From Nitrospirota bacterium (lineage in GTDB: Bacteria > Nitrospirota > Thermodesulfovibrionia > Thermodesulfovibrionales > JdFR-86): DNA of 64,000 nucleotides. The notes beneath the pieces were generated by a model. It was not told the DNA's origin. It made no database searches and was given only the letters and a program-made list of their open reading frames with translations. Location of the stretch: NCBI GenBank assembly GCA_963721805.1, contig CAVRJY010000001.1:640001-704000 (forward strand), read 5' to 3'. Below, one piece after another: positions 29,723 to 44,181 of this stretch (positions within the stretch are counted from its first letter, which is position 1; the number at the start of each line of letters is the position of its first letter). The translations under genes and the position numbers were made by a program.

Positions 29723-30922
29723 TGTAAAAGTCCAGTGCTCTCCGGACAGTTTTCCATCTCATCGGTCGCACTGATCAGGCGGCCTCCTCCTCAGCTTTCT
29801 GTCTTAGCTTTTTGCCCAGCTCGATAGTTTCTATTGGCCGTCTGCCCATGTTGCGATAGCCCTTGTGAGGGCGCTCGTTGTTGTAGTGGTGCAGCCACCG
29901 GTCGAGGTCATACTGCAGCTCATCGAGCGATGCGTAGAACCGGTACCTGAACGTCTCCGAGAAGAACTCGTCCAGGATGGTGCGATTAAACCGCTCCACG
30001 AATCCGTTTGTCCTCGGTGTCGCCACCTTCGTCCTTCGATGCGCGATGTCGTGAAGCGCCAGAAACAGCTCGTACGGATGCCGCAGCAGCTTGCCGCAGT
30101 ACTCCGAGCCGTTGTCCGTCAGGACATGCTGGACCCTGATGCCATGGTCCTCGTAAAACGGCAGCACGCGGTCGTAGAGCACGTCGGCCGCCGTCTCGGG
30201 CCTCTTCGACGTGTACAGCTTGCCGAAGGCATAAGAGCCGTACGTGTCCACCACGGCCTGCAGATACACGGTCCCGATGCCCTTGAGCTTGCCCACCGTG
30301 AAGGTGTCCTGGCTGAGCAGATAGCCCGGATATGCGCTCTCCACATGCCTTTCCCTGAAGCACGGATTGGCCCGCTCGATGAGCTTGACCTGCTCCTCCG
30401 TTAGCTCGATCTCCTTGCCGTTAGCCTCCTGCTCAAGCCGGAGGATGCGCTTGGCCTTCGACTCCAGCCCCTCGCGAACCTGGATGCGATACACAGTTGA
30501 GGGACGCACCAATATGCCCTCCAGAAGCAGGTGCTCGAAGATGCGCTGCTTCCCCCACCGGGGGTGAGCAAGGCTCATCTCGATCACTCGCTTGCGGGCC
30601 TCCTCAGGCGTCTTGTGGGGACAGCTACGCGCTATCGGCGGAAGGTCCGCGAGCCCCGCAAACCCCTGCTCCTGAAACGCCCGCTTGTACTCGTAAAACT
30701 GGCTGCGGCTCACCCCCCGGCGGCGACAGGCCTCCGACACGTTCCTGAGCCTCTCGGCCAGCTGAAGCATTGAAAGCCTCCCTTGTGATATCTTTTCTTT
30801 GGCAGTCATGCCCTTCCTCCTTCGGTCTGTGTTTTGTGGTGAAACATTCTAACCGATGGAAGGGCTGGCTGCCGCCTGCTTTTTCCAGCCTGATACTGTC
30901 CGGTAAGAGCGTAACCTTTACA
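29723..30922 (-). mobile_element. IS481-family insertion sequence (1200 bp) with 8-bp direct repeat TTCCGGGG
   Basis: TGT...ACA ends, IRs TGTAAA.GT...CTC..CCGGACAGT; TTCCGGGG at 29715-29722 and 30923-30930. Confidence 0.92.
29775..30809 (-). CDS. IS481-family transposase
   Basis: NVSEACR, SQDTF, TDNGSEY, PRTNG.VERFN, YNNERPH. Confidence 0.95.
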   Translation of the reverse strand: MTAKEKISQGRLSMLQLAERLRNVSEACRRRGVSRSQFYEYKRAFQEQGFAGLADLPPIARSCPHKTPEEARKRVIEMSLAHPRWGKQRIFEHLLLEGILVRPSTVYRIQVREGLESKAKRILRLEQEANGKEIELTEEQVKLIERANPCFRERHVESAYPGYLLSQDTFTVGKLKGIGTVYLQAVVDTYGSYAFGKLYTSKRPETAADVLYDRVLPFYEDHGIRVQHVLTDNGSEYCGKLLRHPYELFLALHDIAHRRTKVATPRTNGFVERFNRTILDEFFSETFRYRFYASLDELQYDLDRWLHHYNNERPHKGYRNMGRRPIETIELGKKLRQKAEEEAA

Positions 30923-31100
30923 TTCCGGGGTGTCGTGGTGGGGGCAACCAGAAGACAAAAATAAGGAATGACCGAAATTGGACAATTGAATAATACCGTT
31001 TTCGCAAATTGCCTCCGCAAAAGAATGGACCTATCACTATTACCCGTCTTGTCATTTTAAATCTATTGTATTTAATGCTAAATAAAGTTACACTTATCGA

Positions 31101-32093
31101 ATGAAATTGGATAGTAAATTAATATACGTTTGGGGATTCATATGGGTGCTAATAGGAACACTGATGCTGTATGTAACTGAAAGCATTTTCTCTACAGACA
31201 AATCAATGGTGGCCGAAAATTTATTCATAAATATTTCAGTAGGTCTAATAGCCTTGGGAATTGTAGCTCTTATCCTTCAGTTGCCAGACTGGAGAAATTA
31301 TTTCCAGGATCGCGTTAAAGAAACGGTTATTGATCGCACGTACCTGAATAGTCTGAGCGAAGAGGAGCTATCTTCTTTGCAAATTTCTACTCTAAAAGCA
31401 AAATACAAGAATACGGATATAGACAGAGAAGGTTCTTTTTTGCAATATTTTCAGAAGCGAATTGAGGATTATATCGGTAAACCTTATAGGGAAAATGTAA
31501 ATACAGCCATGGTAATTAAAGAACATGACAGCAATCCAGATTTTTTTGTAGTGACTGATTCCATCTCATATATTTGCAGAAAACTAGGCAGCAAGATTCA
31601 AGAAGATGTGAGGTGGCTTTATGAACACGGCGAATTTGAGGAAATTATTGATATCGTTGTAATACTTATATGCCCAAATAGTAACCAGAACAACTGCTCT
31701 AATTCTTGTAAAGATAGATGTATAGAAGGGAGGATAACGCTCACAAAAGAGACTTTGGATAAAGATTTCTTTTCAAATACAGAACATGAAAGTGGTTATA
31801 TTGTCAGACTTAAGGAATTACTGCCTGAAAGCGACAAAATTGAAGTTCAAATGTCCACGATTTATAGCATACGAAAAGACAGATTTTTTACATGGGCGAT
31901 GACTCACCCGTCCAAAAACATTAATTTCACTATTATTTATCCCGATGCATATCAAATTCAAACATTTGTGGGCGGTATTGAACCAAAGGAATATTCCAAA
32001 AACATTAAGAGTAATATGTATGTTTTTAACCATCAAGGATGGTTTCTACCAAGAACTGGATTGGCATACTTGTTAAAAAGGAAGTCAGAATAA
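31101..32093 (+). CDS. AT-rich hypothetical protein with two N-terminal TM helices
   Basis: 330 aa, very low GC, two hydrophobic segments then soluble domain. Confidence 0.8.
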   Translation: MKLDSKLIYVWGFIWVLIGTLMLYVTESIFSTDKSMVAENLFINISVGLIALGIVALILQLPDWRNYFQDRVKETVIDRTYLNSLSEEELSSLQISTLKAKYKNTDIDREGSFLQYFQKRIEDYIGKPYRENVNTAMVIKEHDSNPDFFVVTDSISYICRKLGSKIQEDVRWLYEHGEFEEIIDIVVILICPNSNQNNCSNSCKDRCIEGRITLTKETLDKDFFSNTEHESGYIVRLKELLPESDKIEVQMSTIYSIRKDRFFTWAMTHPSKNINFTIIYPDAYQIQTFVGGIEPKEYSKNIKSNMYVFNHQGWFLPRTGLAYLLKRKSE

Positions 32094-32151
32094 TTGAATC
32101 AAAATGGGATGATTCTATAAATCGTGTACGCGCGAGCAACTATTTATATAA

Positions 32152-32328
32152 GCCGTTGACCTTGGGGGCGCGGGGGTCCAGCGGCTGTGCCGCGTCTAAC
32201 CCCCGAAAGCGCGGCCAAATCGTCTTCAGACTAGGAATGACGAGCAGACCGACCGGAGGCGTATATGGACATACGTTGAGGATCGGGCTGCGAGACGTGA
32301 CGCAGTATCAAGCGATTTGGAGCGCTTT
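32152..32328 (-). repeat. 123-bp hairpin element copy 10 (core 32206-32328), inverted relative to copy 9
   Basis: Core resembles copy 9; tail hairpin identical to that of copy 2. Confidence 0.92.
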
Positions 32329-32330
32329 AA

Positions 32331-32897
32331 TTAAACCCTCAGTTTTAATGAATAACCTTTTCTACTTGCGATCTCATCGAGGATCGCATGGAGGATCGAG
32401 GATTTCCTTCGCACCTCGCACCTGTAGGCTTCCACCCTCGCCCTGGTCATCGCCTCGATCAGCTCGTCGACCGAAAGGACCGCGGCCGCGATGCAGTAAT
32501 AAACCTTCGAGCGGCCCTCGTCAAAGCTGCGCAGCATCTCATTGAGCATCTGCTCCTTCGCCTGCTGATCTCTCTCGAATTTCTTGATGCCGATCTCATC
32601 TATTAGGGCCAGGTCGGCTTCGAGCGTCTGGCAGCACCTGAACGTATCATGCTGTTTTGCTTTTTCTCGGTGCTTCTTCCATCTCTCACAGGCCCCGCTC
32701 TCGTCGCAGTCCCAGCAAAACGCGATCCCCTTTTCCTTAACCGCACAGGTTATGAATGGGCATCCTATCGCCACGCGGGACTTGCTCTTGCACCCCTCGC
32801 ACTTTTCTTTCCCTTCGGTATGATACCGGGGACAGAGCCTGCATGAAAAACCGCATATCCCTATCTCGGGGTATTTTATCTCAGTGGCTCTACGCAT
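32331..32897 (-). CDS. DUF3795-like Cys-rich protein
   Basis: CG.SC.LCP, C.GC, C....CA, C.DC....C. Confidence 0.75.
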   Translation of the reverse strand: MRRATEIKYPEIGICGFSCRLCPRYHTEGKEKCEGCKSKSRVAIGCPFITCAVKEKGIAFCWDCDESGACERWKKHREKAKQHDTFRCCQTLEADLALIDEIGIKKFERDQQAKEQMLNEMLRSFDEGRSKVYYCIAAAVLSVDELIEAMTRARVEAYRCEVRRKSSILHAILDEIASRKGYSLKLRV

Positions 32898-32950
32898 CGG
32901 ATATCTTAACAGATAGAAAACCAGTTTACGTACCGCGCATTCAAATCAAA

Positions 32951-33121
32951 GCCGTTGACCTTGGGGGCGCGGGGGGCGCCATTTTTACTTGCCCCCCGAA
33001 AGCGCGCCCAAATCGGCTTCAGACAAGGCAGGACGAGAAGACCGCCCGATGGTGTACTGAGACGTACATAGAGGGCGAGTCTTCGATGCCCAACGACGTA
33101 TCAAGCGATTTGGAGCGCTTT
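32951..33121 (-). repeat. 123-bp hairpin element copy 11 (core 32999-33121)
   Basis: Reverse complement near-identical to copies 1 and 6. Confidence 0.95.
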
Positions 33122-33156
33122 AAAGATAACGCCCGAAATAGTATAATTGCTCCACT

Positions 33157-35718
33157 ATGCCTGAGCAGAACTCAACCCCTTTGATGAAGCAGTACAATGA
33201 GATCAAGGAGCGCCACCGCGACGCTATCCTGCTGTTTAGGCTCGGGGATTTCTACGAGATGTTCGGCGACGATGCTAAGGTCGCATCTAAGGTCCTGCAG
33301 ATCGCGCTCACCTCGAGAGACAAAAACAAGGAGCACCCGGTGCCGATGTGCGGCATACCGTACTTCGCTGCCGAGGGCTACATAGCCAAGCTCATACACG
33401 CGGGCCACAAGGTCGCGGTATGCGAGCAGGTCGAGGACCCCAAGGACGCCAAGGGCATCGTCAGGCGCGAGGTCATCCGCGTCATCACGCCCGGCACCCA
33501 CACGCCCGAGTCGCCGAAGGAGAACAACTACGCGCTCGCTTTTTATCCGGCAGGGGAGGGCCACGGCATCGCCGCGGCGGACGTGTCGACTGGCGAGTTC
33601 ATCGTATACGAGACCTCACGCCCGCTTGAGGACGAGCTTGCGAGGCTCGCCCCGTCCGAGGTCCTGGTGATGGAGGGCCTCGGCGGCGACATCCACTACT
33701 CCGAGGCGCTCGATGGCTACCACATCTCACCGGTAAGCGACTGGAAGTTCGACTACCCGGACGCCTACCGCACGCTCTTGCAGTACTTCCGCGTCAGTTC
33801 GCTCGAGGGTTTCGGCTGCGAGGGGATGCGCGCCGCGATCTCCGCCGCCGGGGCGCTGCTTGGGTATCTGAGCGAGGCCCAGCGCGGCGCGCTCGGGTTT
33901 CGGAAGCTTACGCCGCTTAATCAGGCTGACTATATGTTCCTCGACTCCCAGACGCAGCGCAACCTCGAACTCCTGCGCACCTTAAAAGACGGCGGCCACG
34001 AGGGCAGCCTGCTCTGGGCGCTCGACGAGACGCTGACCCCGATGGGCGGCAGGCTTATGCGCAGCGCGGTGGTCAGGCCTCTGATCAATGCCGATCAGAT
34101 AAAGAGACGGCAGGGCGCTGTGAGCCAGATCATAGAGGACTACGAGCTCTCGGACGCGCTGAGGAAGGGTTTCCGCAACATACAGGACATCGAGCGGCTC
34201 GCGCAGCGCATCGCCTCCGGGGCGGCCAACGCGCGTGACCTCGTCGCGCTCAAGCTCTCGGTATCCTACCTTCCCGATATCGCGGCCGCACTCGATGCCG
34301 CGCCGGATCAGTTCCTTAAGGATCTCCGTAAGGGCATCCCGGATTTCACCTCCATGCGCGAGCTAGTCGGCAAGGCGATAGTCGACCACCCGCCGATACC
34401 GCTTCGGGAGGGCGGCATCATCCGCGAGGGCCATAACGCCGAACTCGACGAGCTCCGCTCGATCTCCGTAACCGCCAAGGACGTTATAGCGCGCATCGAG
34501 ACCGAGGAGAGGAAGGCCACCGGGATCAACTCGCTGAAGGTCGGGTTCAACCGGGTATTCGGCTATTACATCGAGGTCACGAAGCCGAACCTCCCGCAGG
34601 TGCCGGAGCGGTATATCAGAAAGCAGACGCTCGTAAGCGGCGAGCGGTTCATCACGCCGGAGCTCAAGGAATACGAGGAGAAGGTCCTCGGCGCGGAGGA
34701 GCGGATCAAGGCCATCGAATACAGGCTGTTTACCGAGGTGCTCGACAAGTGCCGGGCCTCGGTGCCCGCGCTGCTCGACGCGGCGGCCTCGGTGGCGCAG
34801 GCGGATTTCCTCGTATCGCTCGCCGTATCGGCCAAGCGGCATAATTATGTGATGCCCACGGTCGACGAGGGCGAGGCGATAGAGATACAAAACGGCCGCC
34901 ACCCCGTGCTCGAGCGCTTGTCATTGGGCGAGCGGTTCATCCCGAATGACACGCAGATGGACATGGAATCGGCGCGCGTGCTCGTGATAACCGGCCCGAA
35001 CATGGCCGGGAAGTCCACGTACATGAGGCAGGTCGCGCTCGCGGTCCTGATGGCCCAGATCGGCGGCGGAGTGCCTGCCGAGGCCGCGCGCATAGGCATC
35101 GTGGATCGCATATTCACGCGCATCGGGGCCTCCGATTTTCTTACCAAGGGCCAGAGCACCTTCATGGTCGAGATGATAGAGACCGCGAATATACTAAATA
35201 ACGCCACGGCGCGGAGCCTCGTCATACTCGACGAGGTAGGGCGCGGCACGAGCACCTTTGACGGGATCAGCATCGCGTGGGCCGCGGCCGAACACATAGC
35301 ATCCACTATAGGCGCGCGCACGCTCTTCGCCACCCACTATAACGAGCTTACGGAACTCGCGCATATAGTTGAAGGCGTGCGCAACCTCAACATAGCGGTG
35401 CGCGAGTGGGGCGAGGAGATCATATTCCTTAGGAAGATCGAGCCCGGCCCGGCGGACAAGAGCTACGGCATACAGGTGGCAAGGCTCGCCGGGCTCCCGG
35501 CCGAGGTGCTCACGGCCGCCAGGGCTGTGCTTGAACGTTTAGAGAAGCGCCAGCGCGGGGAGTACGCCTCAAAGAACATCCGCCAGCTCGACCTCTTCGG
35601 GCAGGAGGCCGACCCCATAGAGCAGGAGCTTGCGAAGCTCGACCTCACGGGGCTCTCGGGCGAGGACGCGCTTAGTAAACTCGCCAGACTTAAGGCCCTA
35701 TACGCCAAGGGCGCGTAG
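33157..35718 (+). CDS. mutS: DNA mismatch repair protein MutS
   Basis: TPLMKQY, GDFYE, TGPNMAGKST, STFMVEM, DEVGRGTST, SYGIQVA. Confidence 0.98.
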   Translation: MPEQNSTPLMKQYNEIKERHRDAILLFRLGDFYEMFGDDAKVASKVLQIALTSRDKNKEHPVPMCGIPYFAAEGYIAKLIHAGHKVAVCEQVEDPKDAKGIVRREVIRVITPGTHTPESPKENNYALAFYPAGEGHGIAAADVSTGEFIVYETSRPLEDELARLAPSEVLVMEGLGGDIHYSEALDGYHISPVSDWKFDYPDAYRTLLQYFRVSSLEGFGCEGMRAAISAAGALLGYLSEAQRGALGFRKLTPLNQADYMFLDSQTQRNLELLRTLKDGGHEGSLLWALDETLTPMGGRLMRSAVVRPLINADQIKRRQGAVSQIIEDYELSDALRKGFRNIQDIERLAQRIASGAANARDLVALKLSVSYLPDIAAALDAAPDQFLKDLRKGIPDFTSMRELVGKAIVDHPPIPLREGGIIREGHNAELDELRSISVTAKDVIARIETEERKATGINSLKVGFNRVFGYYIEVTKPNLPQVPERYIRKQTLVSGERFITPELKEYEEKVLGAEERIKAIEYRLFTEVLDKCRASVPALLDAAASVAQADFLVSLAVSAKRHNYVMPTVDEGEAIEIQNGRHPVLERLSLGERFIPNDTQMDMESARVLVITGPNMAGKSTYMRQVALAVLMAQIGGGVPAEAARIGIVDRIFTRIGASDFLTKGQSTFMVEMIETANILNNATARSLVILDEVGRGTSTFDGISIAWAAAEHIASTIGARTLFATHYNELTELAHIVEGVRNLNIAVREWGEEIIFLRKIEPGPADKSYGIQVARLAGLPAEVLTAARAVLERLEKRQRGEYASKNIRQLDLFGQEADPIEQELAKLDLTGLSGEDALSKLARLKALYAKGA

Positions 35719-35795
35719 GCGGTTGATATTTTATCTGGTTTAGGCTATAGTGCTCTATACCGGCATTTCAAGACCAATTGGGAGGTAAGTAAAAA

Positions 35796-36182
35796 ATGTA
35801 TCCTGACGACCTGAAGTACCACAAAGAGCACACGTGGATACGTGTCTCCGGCAAGAAGGGGACCATCGGAATCACCCACTACGCGCAGCAGTCCCTCGGC
35901 GACATCGTCTACCTCGACGTGCCCGAGGTGGACACGAACATAGAGGCCAACACGGAGTTCTCCGAGGTCGAGTCGACGAAGGCCACCTCGTCCATAATAG
36001 CCCCGGCCAGCGGGACGATCATCGAGGTCAACGAGGACCTCGGCGACACGCCCGAGATCATCAACGAGGACCCGTACGGCAAGGGCTGGATCGCGGTCAT
36101 CGAGCTCAGCAACGAGGGCGAACTCGCCAACCTGCTTGACGCCTCCGACTATGAGAAGCTCGTGGCGGAAGAGTCCAAATGA
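35796..36182 (+). CDS. gcvH: Glycine cleavage system H protein
   Basis: GIT.YAQ..LGDIV, VESTKA lipoyl-Lys, NEDPYG.GW. Confidence 0.95.
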   Translation: MYPDDLKYHKEHTWIRVSGKKGTIGITHYAQQSLGDIVYLDVPEVDTNIEANTEFSEVESTKATSSIIAPASGTIIEVNEDLGDTPEIINEDPYGKGWIAVIELSNEGELANLLDASDYEKLVAEESK

Positions 36183-37533
36183 GGCTGACCGTAATCGGGG
36201 CAGGCCCCGGAGGATACGTCGCCGCGCTTAAGGCCGCACAGCTCGGCGCACAGGTAACAGTCATAGAGGACACCGAGGTCGGCGGGACCTGCCTGAACCG
36301 CGGCTGCATACCGACGAAGGCCCTGCTTGCTTCCGTCGAGGCGTTCCACCAGGCGAAGAACATAGCCGACTTCGGCATCGAGTTCAGCGGCACGCTCACG
36401 CCGAACCTCCAGAAGATCATGGACCGCAAGAACAAGGTCGTCGACGTGCAGGTCAAGGGCATACGCGGCCTGTTTAAAAGCTGGGGCGTCACGCTCATCG
36501 AGGGCAGGGGCAAGCTCACGAGCCCCAATACGATAGAGGTCACGAAGAAAGACGGCGGTATCGAGAAGCTCGACACCGAAAAGACTATCATCGCTACCGG
36601 CTCCCGCCCGGCCCGCATCCCGACGTTCCCCTTCGACGGCAAGAACATACTTAGCAGCGACGACGCGCCTGAAGCTCACCGAGATCCCAAAGAGCATCCT
36701 CATCGTCGGCGCCGGAGTCATCGGCTGCGAGTGGGGCTGCATCCTGCGCGAACTCGGCACCGAGGTCACGATGGTCGAGATGCTGCCAAGGTGCATAGCC
36801 ACCGAGGACATGGAGATCTCCGAGACCATGGCCAAGGAGCTAAAGAAAAAGAAGATAAAGCTCCTTACCGGAGTGGGCGCGCAGAAGGTCACGATCGAGG
36901 CCGACGGCGTCCATGCGATGCTCAGCGACGGCAAGGAACTGGTAGCCGAGAAGATGCTCGTCTCTATCGGAAGGTCGCTGAACTCCGAGAACCTCGGGCT
37001 CGATGCGGCAGGCGTGGCGCAGGGCGCCCGCGGCTCTATCACAGTGGACGACCACATGCAGACGAACGTGCCGGGCATATACGCCATCGGCGACGTAAGC
37101 GGCGGGATCATGCTCGCGCATACGGCCTCAACCGGCGGGCTCGTCGCGGCGACCAACCTGATGGGCGGCGACAAGCGCATGGACCTCTCGTGCGTGGCGG
37201 CCGCGATATTCACCTCACCGGAGATCGCCTCCGTCGGGCTGCGCGAGTTTCAGGCCGAGGAGCGCGGGATCAAGGTCAAGACCGGGCATTTCCAGTACCG
37301 CGCGCTCGGCAAGGCCCACGCGATGGGCGAGATATCCGGGTTCTTCAAGCTCGTTGCGGACGCCTCGACGGACAAGCTCTTGGGCGCGCACATCATCGGC
37401 GCGCACGCGGCCGACATCATCCACGAGGCCGCGCTCGGCATCCACATGGGCCTGAAGGCTGCGGACATCGCCGAGACGATCCACGCGCACCCCACGCTCT
37501 CAGAAGGACTAATGGAGGCGGCCGAGGACGTCC

Positions 37534-40521
<2,988 letters not shown>

Positions 40522-40553
40522 CACTCCGCCGCAACTCCCTTAAGACAGCCCGC

Positions 40554-41414
40554 CTAGCGCCGGCGCGCCCTGAAGGCCGAGATCGCGTTTGATATCAGCG
40601 GCAGCGCATTCGTCGCGGCCCTCTCGCCTTCGAGTATCGCCTCGTTGCGCCTCGTGAAGTCCGAAGACGGTATGTTCCCGACGTCCGGCCTGATCACGAC
40701 GTCCGCGCGGCTGAGCTGCCCGGCCGAAAGCCTCGAGTACATGATGCCTATCGACTGGAGTATCGTATCGACCATGCCGGTCGGCTTCGCGGCGTCACGG
40801 TCCGGCGAGATGTCCACCGCGATAACTACGTCGGCCCCGAGCCTGCGTGCGGCGTCCACCGCTACGGGGCTCACCACGCCGCCGTCCACGTACAGACGGC
40901 CCCCGACGGGCGCGGGCGGGTATATGCCGGGGATCGCGCAGCTTGCCCTGACGGCGGCCCCGGCGTCTCCGCTCGTAAAGACGTGCTCCTCGCCGGTCTG
41001 GATGTCCGTGGCCACCGCGGCGAAAGGTATCCTGAAGCGCTCTATCGGGGTGTTGTTGACGGCCTTGTTAAAATACTTCTCTATCAGATCGCCCTTGACT
41101 ATGCCGCCGGAGCCGAAGATCGAGAACTCGGCGAGTTGCGAGCGCTGCATGCCGAGCGCCATCTTCTGGAGGTCGTATGCGCTTATGCCGTATGCGTAGA
41201 GCCCTCCGGCGAAGCTCCCGGCGCTCGTCCCCACGATCAGATCGATAGGGACCTTCCGGGCCTCCAGCACCTTCAGCACCCCTATGTGCGCAAACCCGCG
41301 CGCCGCGCCGCCTCCGAGCACCACCGCGACCTTCGGCTCGCGCGGCGGCTTCGTCGGCGCGCACGCTGCGACGAACGCCAGCATCATCATCAGGGCTATG
41401 AGTTTGTTGAGCAT
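40554..41414 (-). CDS. Patatin-like phospholipase, lipoprotein
   Basis: GGGAARG, GTSAG, DGG; lipobox VAAC. Confidence 0.92.
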   Translation of the reverse strand: MLNKLIALMMMLAFVAACAPTKPPREPKVAVVLGGGAARGFAHIGVLKVLEARKVPIDLIVGTSAGSFAGGLYAYGISAYDLQKMALGMQRSQLAEFSIFGSGGIVKGDLIEKYFNKAVNNTPIERFRIPFAAVATDIQTGEEHVFTSGDAGAAVRASCAIPGIYPPAPVGGRLYVDGGVVSPVAVDAARRLGADVVIAVDISPDRDAAKPTGMVDTILQSIGIMYSRLSAGQLSRADVVIRPDVGNIPSSDFTRRNEAILEGERAATNALPLISNAISAFRARRR

Positions 41415-41418
41415 TGCG

Positions 41419-42198
41419 CTATCCCTTCCGTTCGAAAAGTTTGGCCGAGAGCGCGACGAACGCGAGCGTCGAGACCGCCATCACGAGCAGGTCGACCCAG
41501 AACGGGATGTCCGGAGCCATCGGGCCTGAGGCCACCGGCGTTATCAGGTGCTTCAGGCCGTCGACCCCGTAAGTGAGCGGGTTGATCGTGGTCGCTAGGC
41601 GAAGCGGCGCCGGCAGGAGTTTTAGCGGGTACATCGCCCCCGAGAGGAAGAACATCGGCATCACGATGAAGTTCATGATCACGCTGAAGCTCTCGTAGCT
41701 GTCATAAAACGTCGCGAGCACGATCCCGAAGGCCGAGATGCAGAACGAGACGAGCATGCACAGCAGCACTACCTCTATGACCGTAAGCGGGCTGAGCGAG
41801 ATCCCTAAAAACGGAAACAGCATCAGGATGATCAGCGCCTGGATAGTCGAGACGACCGTGCCGCTTAAGGCCTTGCCGACGACGACCGATACGCGCGAGA
41901 CCGGCGCAACGAGTATCTCCTTCATAAACCCGAACTCCTTGTCCCAGATTATCGAGATCGAGGAGAAGATAGAGCTAAACAGTATCGTCATCCCCAGTAT
42001 GCCGGGGAACATGAACTGCGTGTAAGTGACGCCCTGCACCGTGCCAACGAGCCTGCTCATCCCCGCGCCTACGAGAAACAGCCATATGAGCGGACGGGCG
42101 AGCGATGCGACAAGGCGGCTCCGCTCGCGGACGAACTTCTTGAACTCGCGCGCGACGAGGACGTATACGACCCTCAGCTCCGACACGTTACCCGCCAC
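41419..42198 (-). CDS. ABC-2 (DrrB-like) permease
   Basis: Multi-TM, FMFPGI, PMFFLSG, NPLTY.VD. Confidence 0.9.
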   Translation of the reverse strand: MAGNVSELRVVYVLVAREFKKFVRERSRLVASLARPLIWLFLVGAGMSRLVGTVQGVTYTQFMFPGILGMTILFSSIFSSISIIWDKEFGFMKEILVAPVSRVSVVVGKALSGTVVSTIQALIILMLFPFLGISLSPLTVIEVVLLCMLVSFCISAFGIVLATFYDSYESFSVIMNFIVMPMFFLSGAMYPLKLLPAPLRLATTINPLTYGVDGLKHLITPVASGPMAPDIPFWVDLLVMAVSTLAFVALSAKLFERKG

Positions 42199-43177
42199 CC
42201 GTGCGCCTCCTGTATGCCCTGACCTCGCCCTTTATGTTGTCCATCCCGTTTTGTTCCTCGTCCCTGATCGCCTTGCCGGTATGCGCGAGGAAGACGTCGT
42301 TTAGCGTGGGCCGCTCCAGCCGTATCGATATGACGGAATCCCCCAGCGCCCGGATGAGCTCGGGGATACAGCGGTCGCCGCGCTGGGCCTTGATGTATAT
42401 GTCCTTGCCCCTGAGTTCGCCCTCGATCTTAAGCGCGGCTAATGTCTTTACCGCCTCGGCGTTGTCCGCGGCGCGCAGGTATACGACGTCGCCCCCGATG
42501 GACTTCTTCAGCTCGTCCGGCGAGCCCTCCAGCACGATCCTGCCCTTGTCGATGATCGCGATGCGGTTGCAGACCTCGGCCTCTTCCATGTAATGCGTGG
42601 TCATGAACACGGTCATCCTGTGGCGCGCGGGAAGCTCGGTGATGAACTCCCAGAGGTTCGCGCGGCTCTGGGGGTCCAATCCGAGCGTCGGCTCGTCGAG
42701 GAATAATACGCGCGGCCGGTGGATCATCCCCCGCGCGATCTCGAGCCTTCGCTTCATGCCGCCCGAGAACTTCTTTACTAAGTCGTCGCGGCGGTCCTGG
42801 AGCTGCACGAACCCCAGCGCATCGCCCACGCGCTCCTTGATCTCGCGCCGGGGCACCCCGTACAGATATGCGTGAAACGCGAGGTTCTCGTATGCGGTCA
42901 GGTCCTTATCGAGTGTCGTGTCCTGAAACACGATCCCGATGGACCTGCGCACCTGCGATGGCTCCTGCATGCAGTCGTGGCCGTCTATCGAGGCGCTCCC
43001 GGAGGTCGGCGCAAGCAGGGTGCAGAGGATGTTGATCGTCGTGGTCTTGCCCGCGCCGTTTGGGCCGAGGAAGCCGAATATCGTGCCCTCCTCGACATTG
43101 AACGAGACGTCGTCGACCGCGGTGATCCCGCCGAAACGCTTGGAGAGGTGCTCGACCGATATTACGTTTTGAGCCAT
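42188..43177 (-). CDS. ABC (DrrA-like) ATP-binding protein
   Basis: GPNGAGKTT, FSGGM, LDEPT, TTHYMEEA. Confidence 0.93.
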   Translation of the reverse strand: MAQNVISVEHLSKRFGGITAVDDVSFNVEEGTIFGFLGPNGAGKTTTINILCTLLAPTSGSASIDGHDCMQEPSQVRRSIGIVFQDTTLDKDLTAYENLAFHAYLYGVPRREIKERVGDALGFVQLQDRRDDLVKKFSGGMKRRLEIARGMIHRPRVLFLDEPTLGLDPQSRANLWEFITELPARHRMTVFMTTHYMEEAEVCNRIAIIDKGRIVLEGSPDELKKSIGGDVVYLRAADNAEAVKTLAALKIEGELRGKDIYIKAQRGDRCIPELIRALGDSVISIRLERPTLNDVFLAHTGKAIRDEEQNGMDNIKGEVRAYRRRTGGG

Positions 43178-43211
43178 TGTTTGATTATAACAGAGGGGGG
43201 CCAGTCGGCCC

Positions 43212-44087
43212 CTACGAGGTGAGGATGTTCAGGATCTCCTGATACCTGCGAGCGGTCTTCTCTATGATCTCGGGCGGGAGCTCCGGGCCGGGATACTGCT
43301 TGTTCCAGTCGAGCGTAAGCAGGTAGTCGCGGACGATCTGCTTGTCGTAGCTGTCCTGGGCACGGCCGGGCTTGTACCCGCTCGCGGACCAGAAGCGCGA
43401 GGAGTCCGGCGTGAGTATCTCGTCTATCAGTATGAGCTGGCCGTTGTGCGTGCCGAACTCGAACTTCGTGTCAGCTACGATGATGCCCTTGTGCTCCGCG
43501 ATCTCTCTGGCCCTGCCGTATACGCGCAGGCTCAGCTCGCGCAATTTCGATGCGGCCTCCTCGCCCATCGACATCACTACCTCGCCGAAGGAGATGTTCT
43601 CGTCGTGGCCCTCCTCGGCCTTGGTCGAGGGGGTGAAGATCGGCTGGGGGAGCTTGCCGGATTCCTTGAGCCCGCGCGGAAGCGCGATGCCGCATACCGT
43701 GCCGTCCTTCTTGTACGACTGCCAGCCGCTGCCGGAGAGATACCCGCGCACGATGCACTCTATCGGGACTACCTTGGCCTTCTTCACGAGCAGGCTTCGG
43801 CCTTCCAGCATCTCGGAGTATTTCTGGAGGTTCTTGGGGAAATCGCGCACATCGGTTGCGACGATGTGGTTTCTTACGATCTCCTCCATCTGCCTAAACC
43901 AGAAGACCGAGATCGCGGTCAGGATCCTGCCCTTGTTGGGGATGCCGTCCGGGAGCACGACGTCGAAGGCCGAGAGGCGGTCCGTGACCACGAGCAGCAG
44001 GTGCTCGCCGAGGTCATAGATATCGCGGACTTTCCCGCGCCTGGGCGTCCCGATATCCGGCATCTCGGTCTTAAGTACAAGTTCCAT
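43212..44087 (-). CDS. purC: SAICAR synthetase
   Basis: [32 protein letters not shown]. Confidence 0.97.
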   Translation of the reverse strand: MELVLKTEMPDIGTPRRGKVRDIYDLGEHLLLVVTDRLSAFDVVLPDGIPNKGRILTAISVFWFRQMEEIVRNHIVATDVRDFPKNLQKYSEMLEGRSLLVKKAKVVPIECIVRGYLSGSGWQSYKKDGTVCGIALPRGLKESGKLPQPIFTPSTKAEEGHDENISFGEVVMSMGEEAASKLRELSLRVYGRAREIAEHKGIIVADTKFEFGTHNGQLILIDEILTPDSSRFWSASGYKPGRAQDSYDKQIVRDYLLTLDWNKQYPGPELPPEIIEKTARRYQEILNILTS

Positions 44088-44181
44088 CGGAAATATTATG
44101 TATCCCTGCCCCGCTGTTTGTAAAGCCGAGACGCGTGCTATAACGGACTATATTCCTGCCCGGCATGATATATTATCTCCC

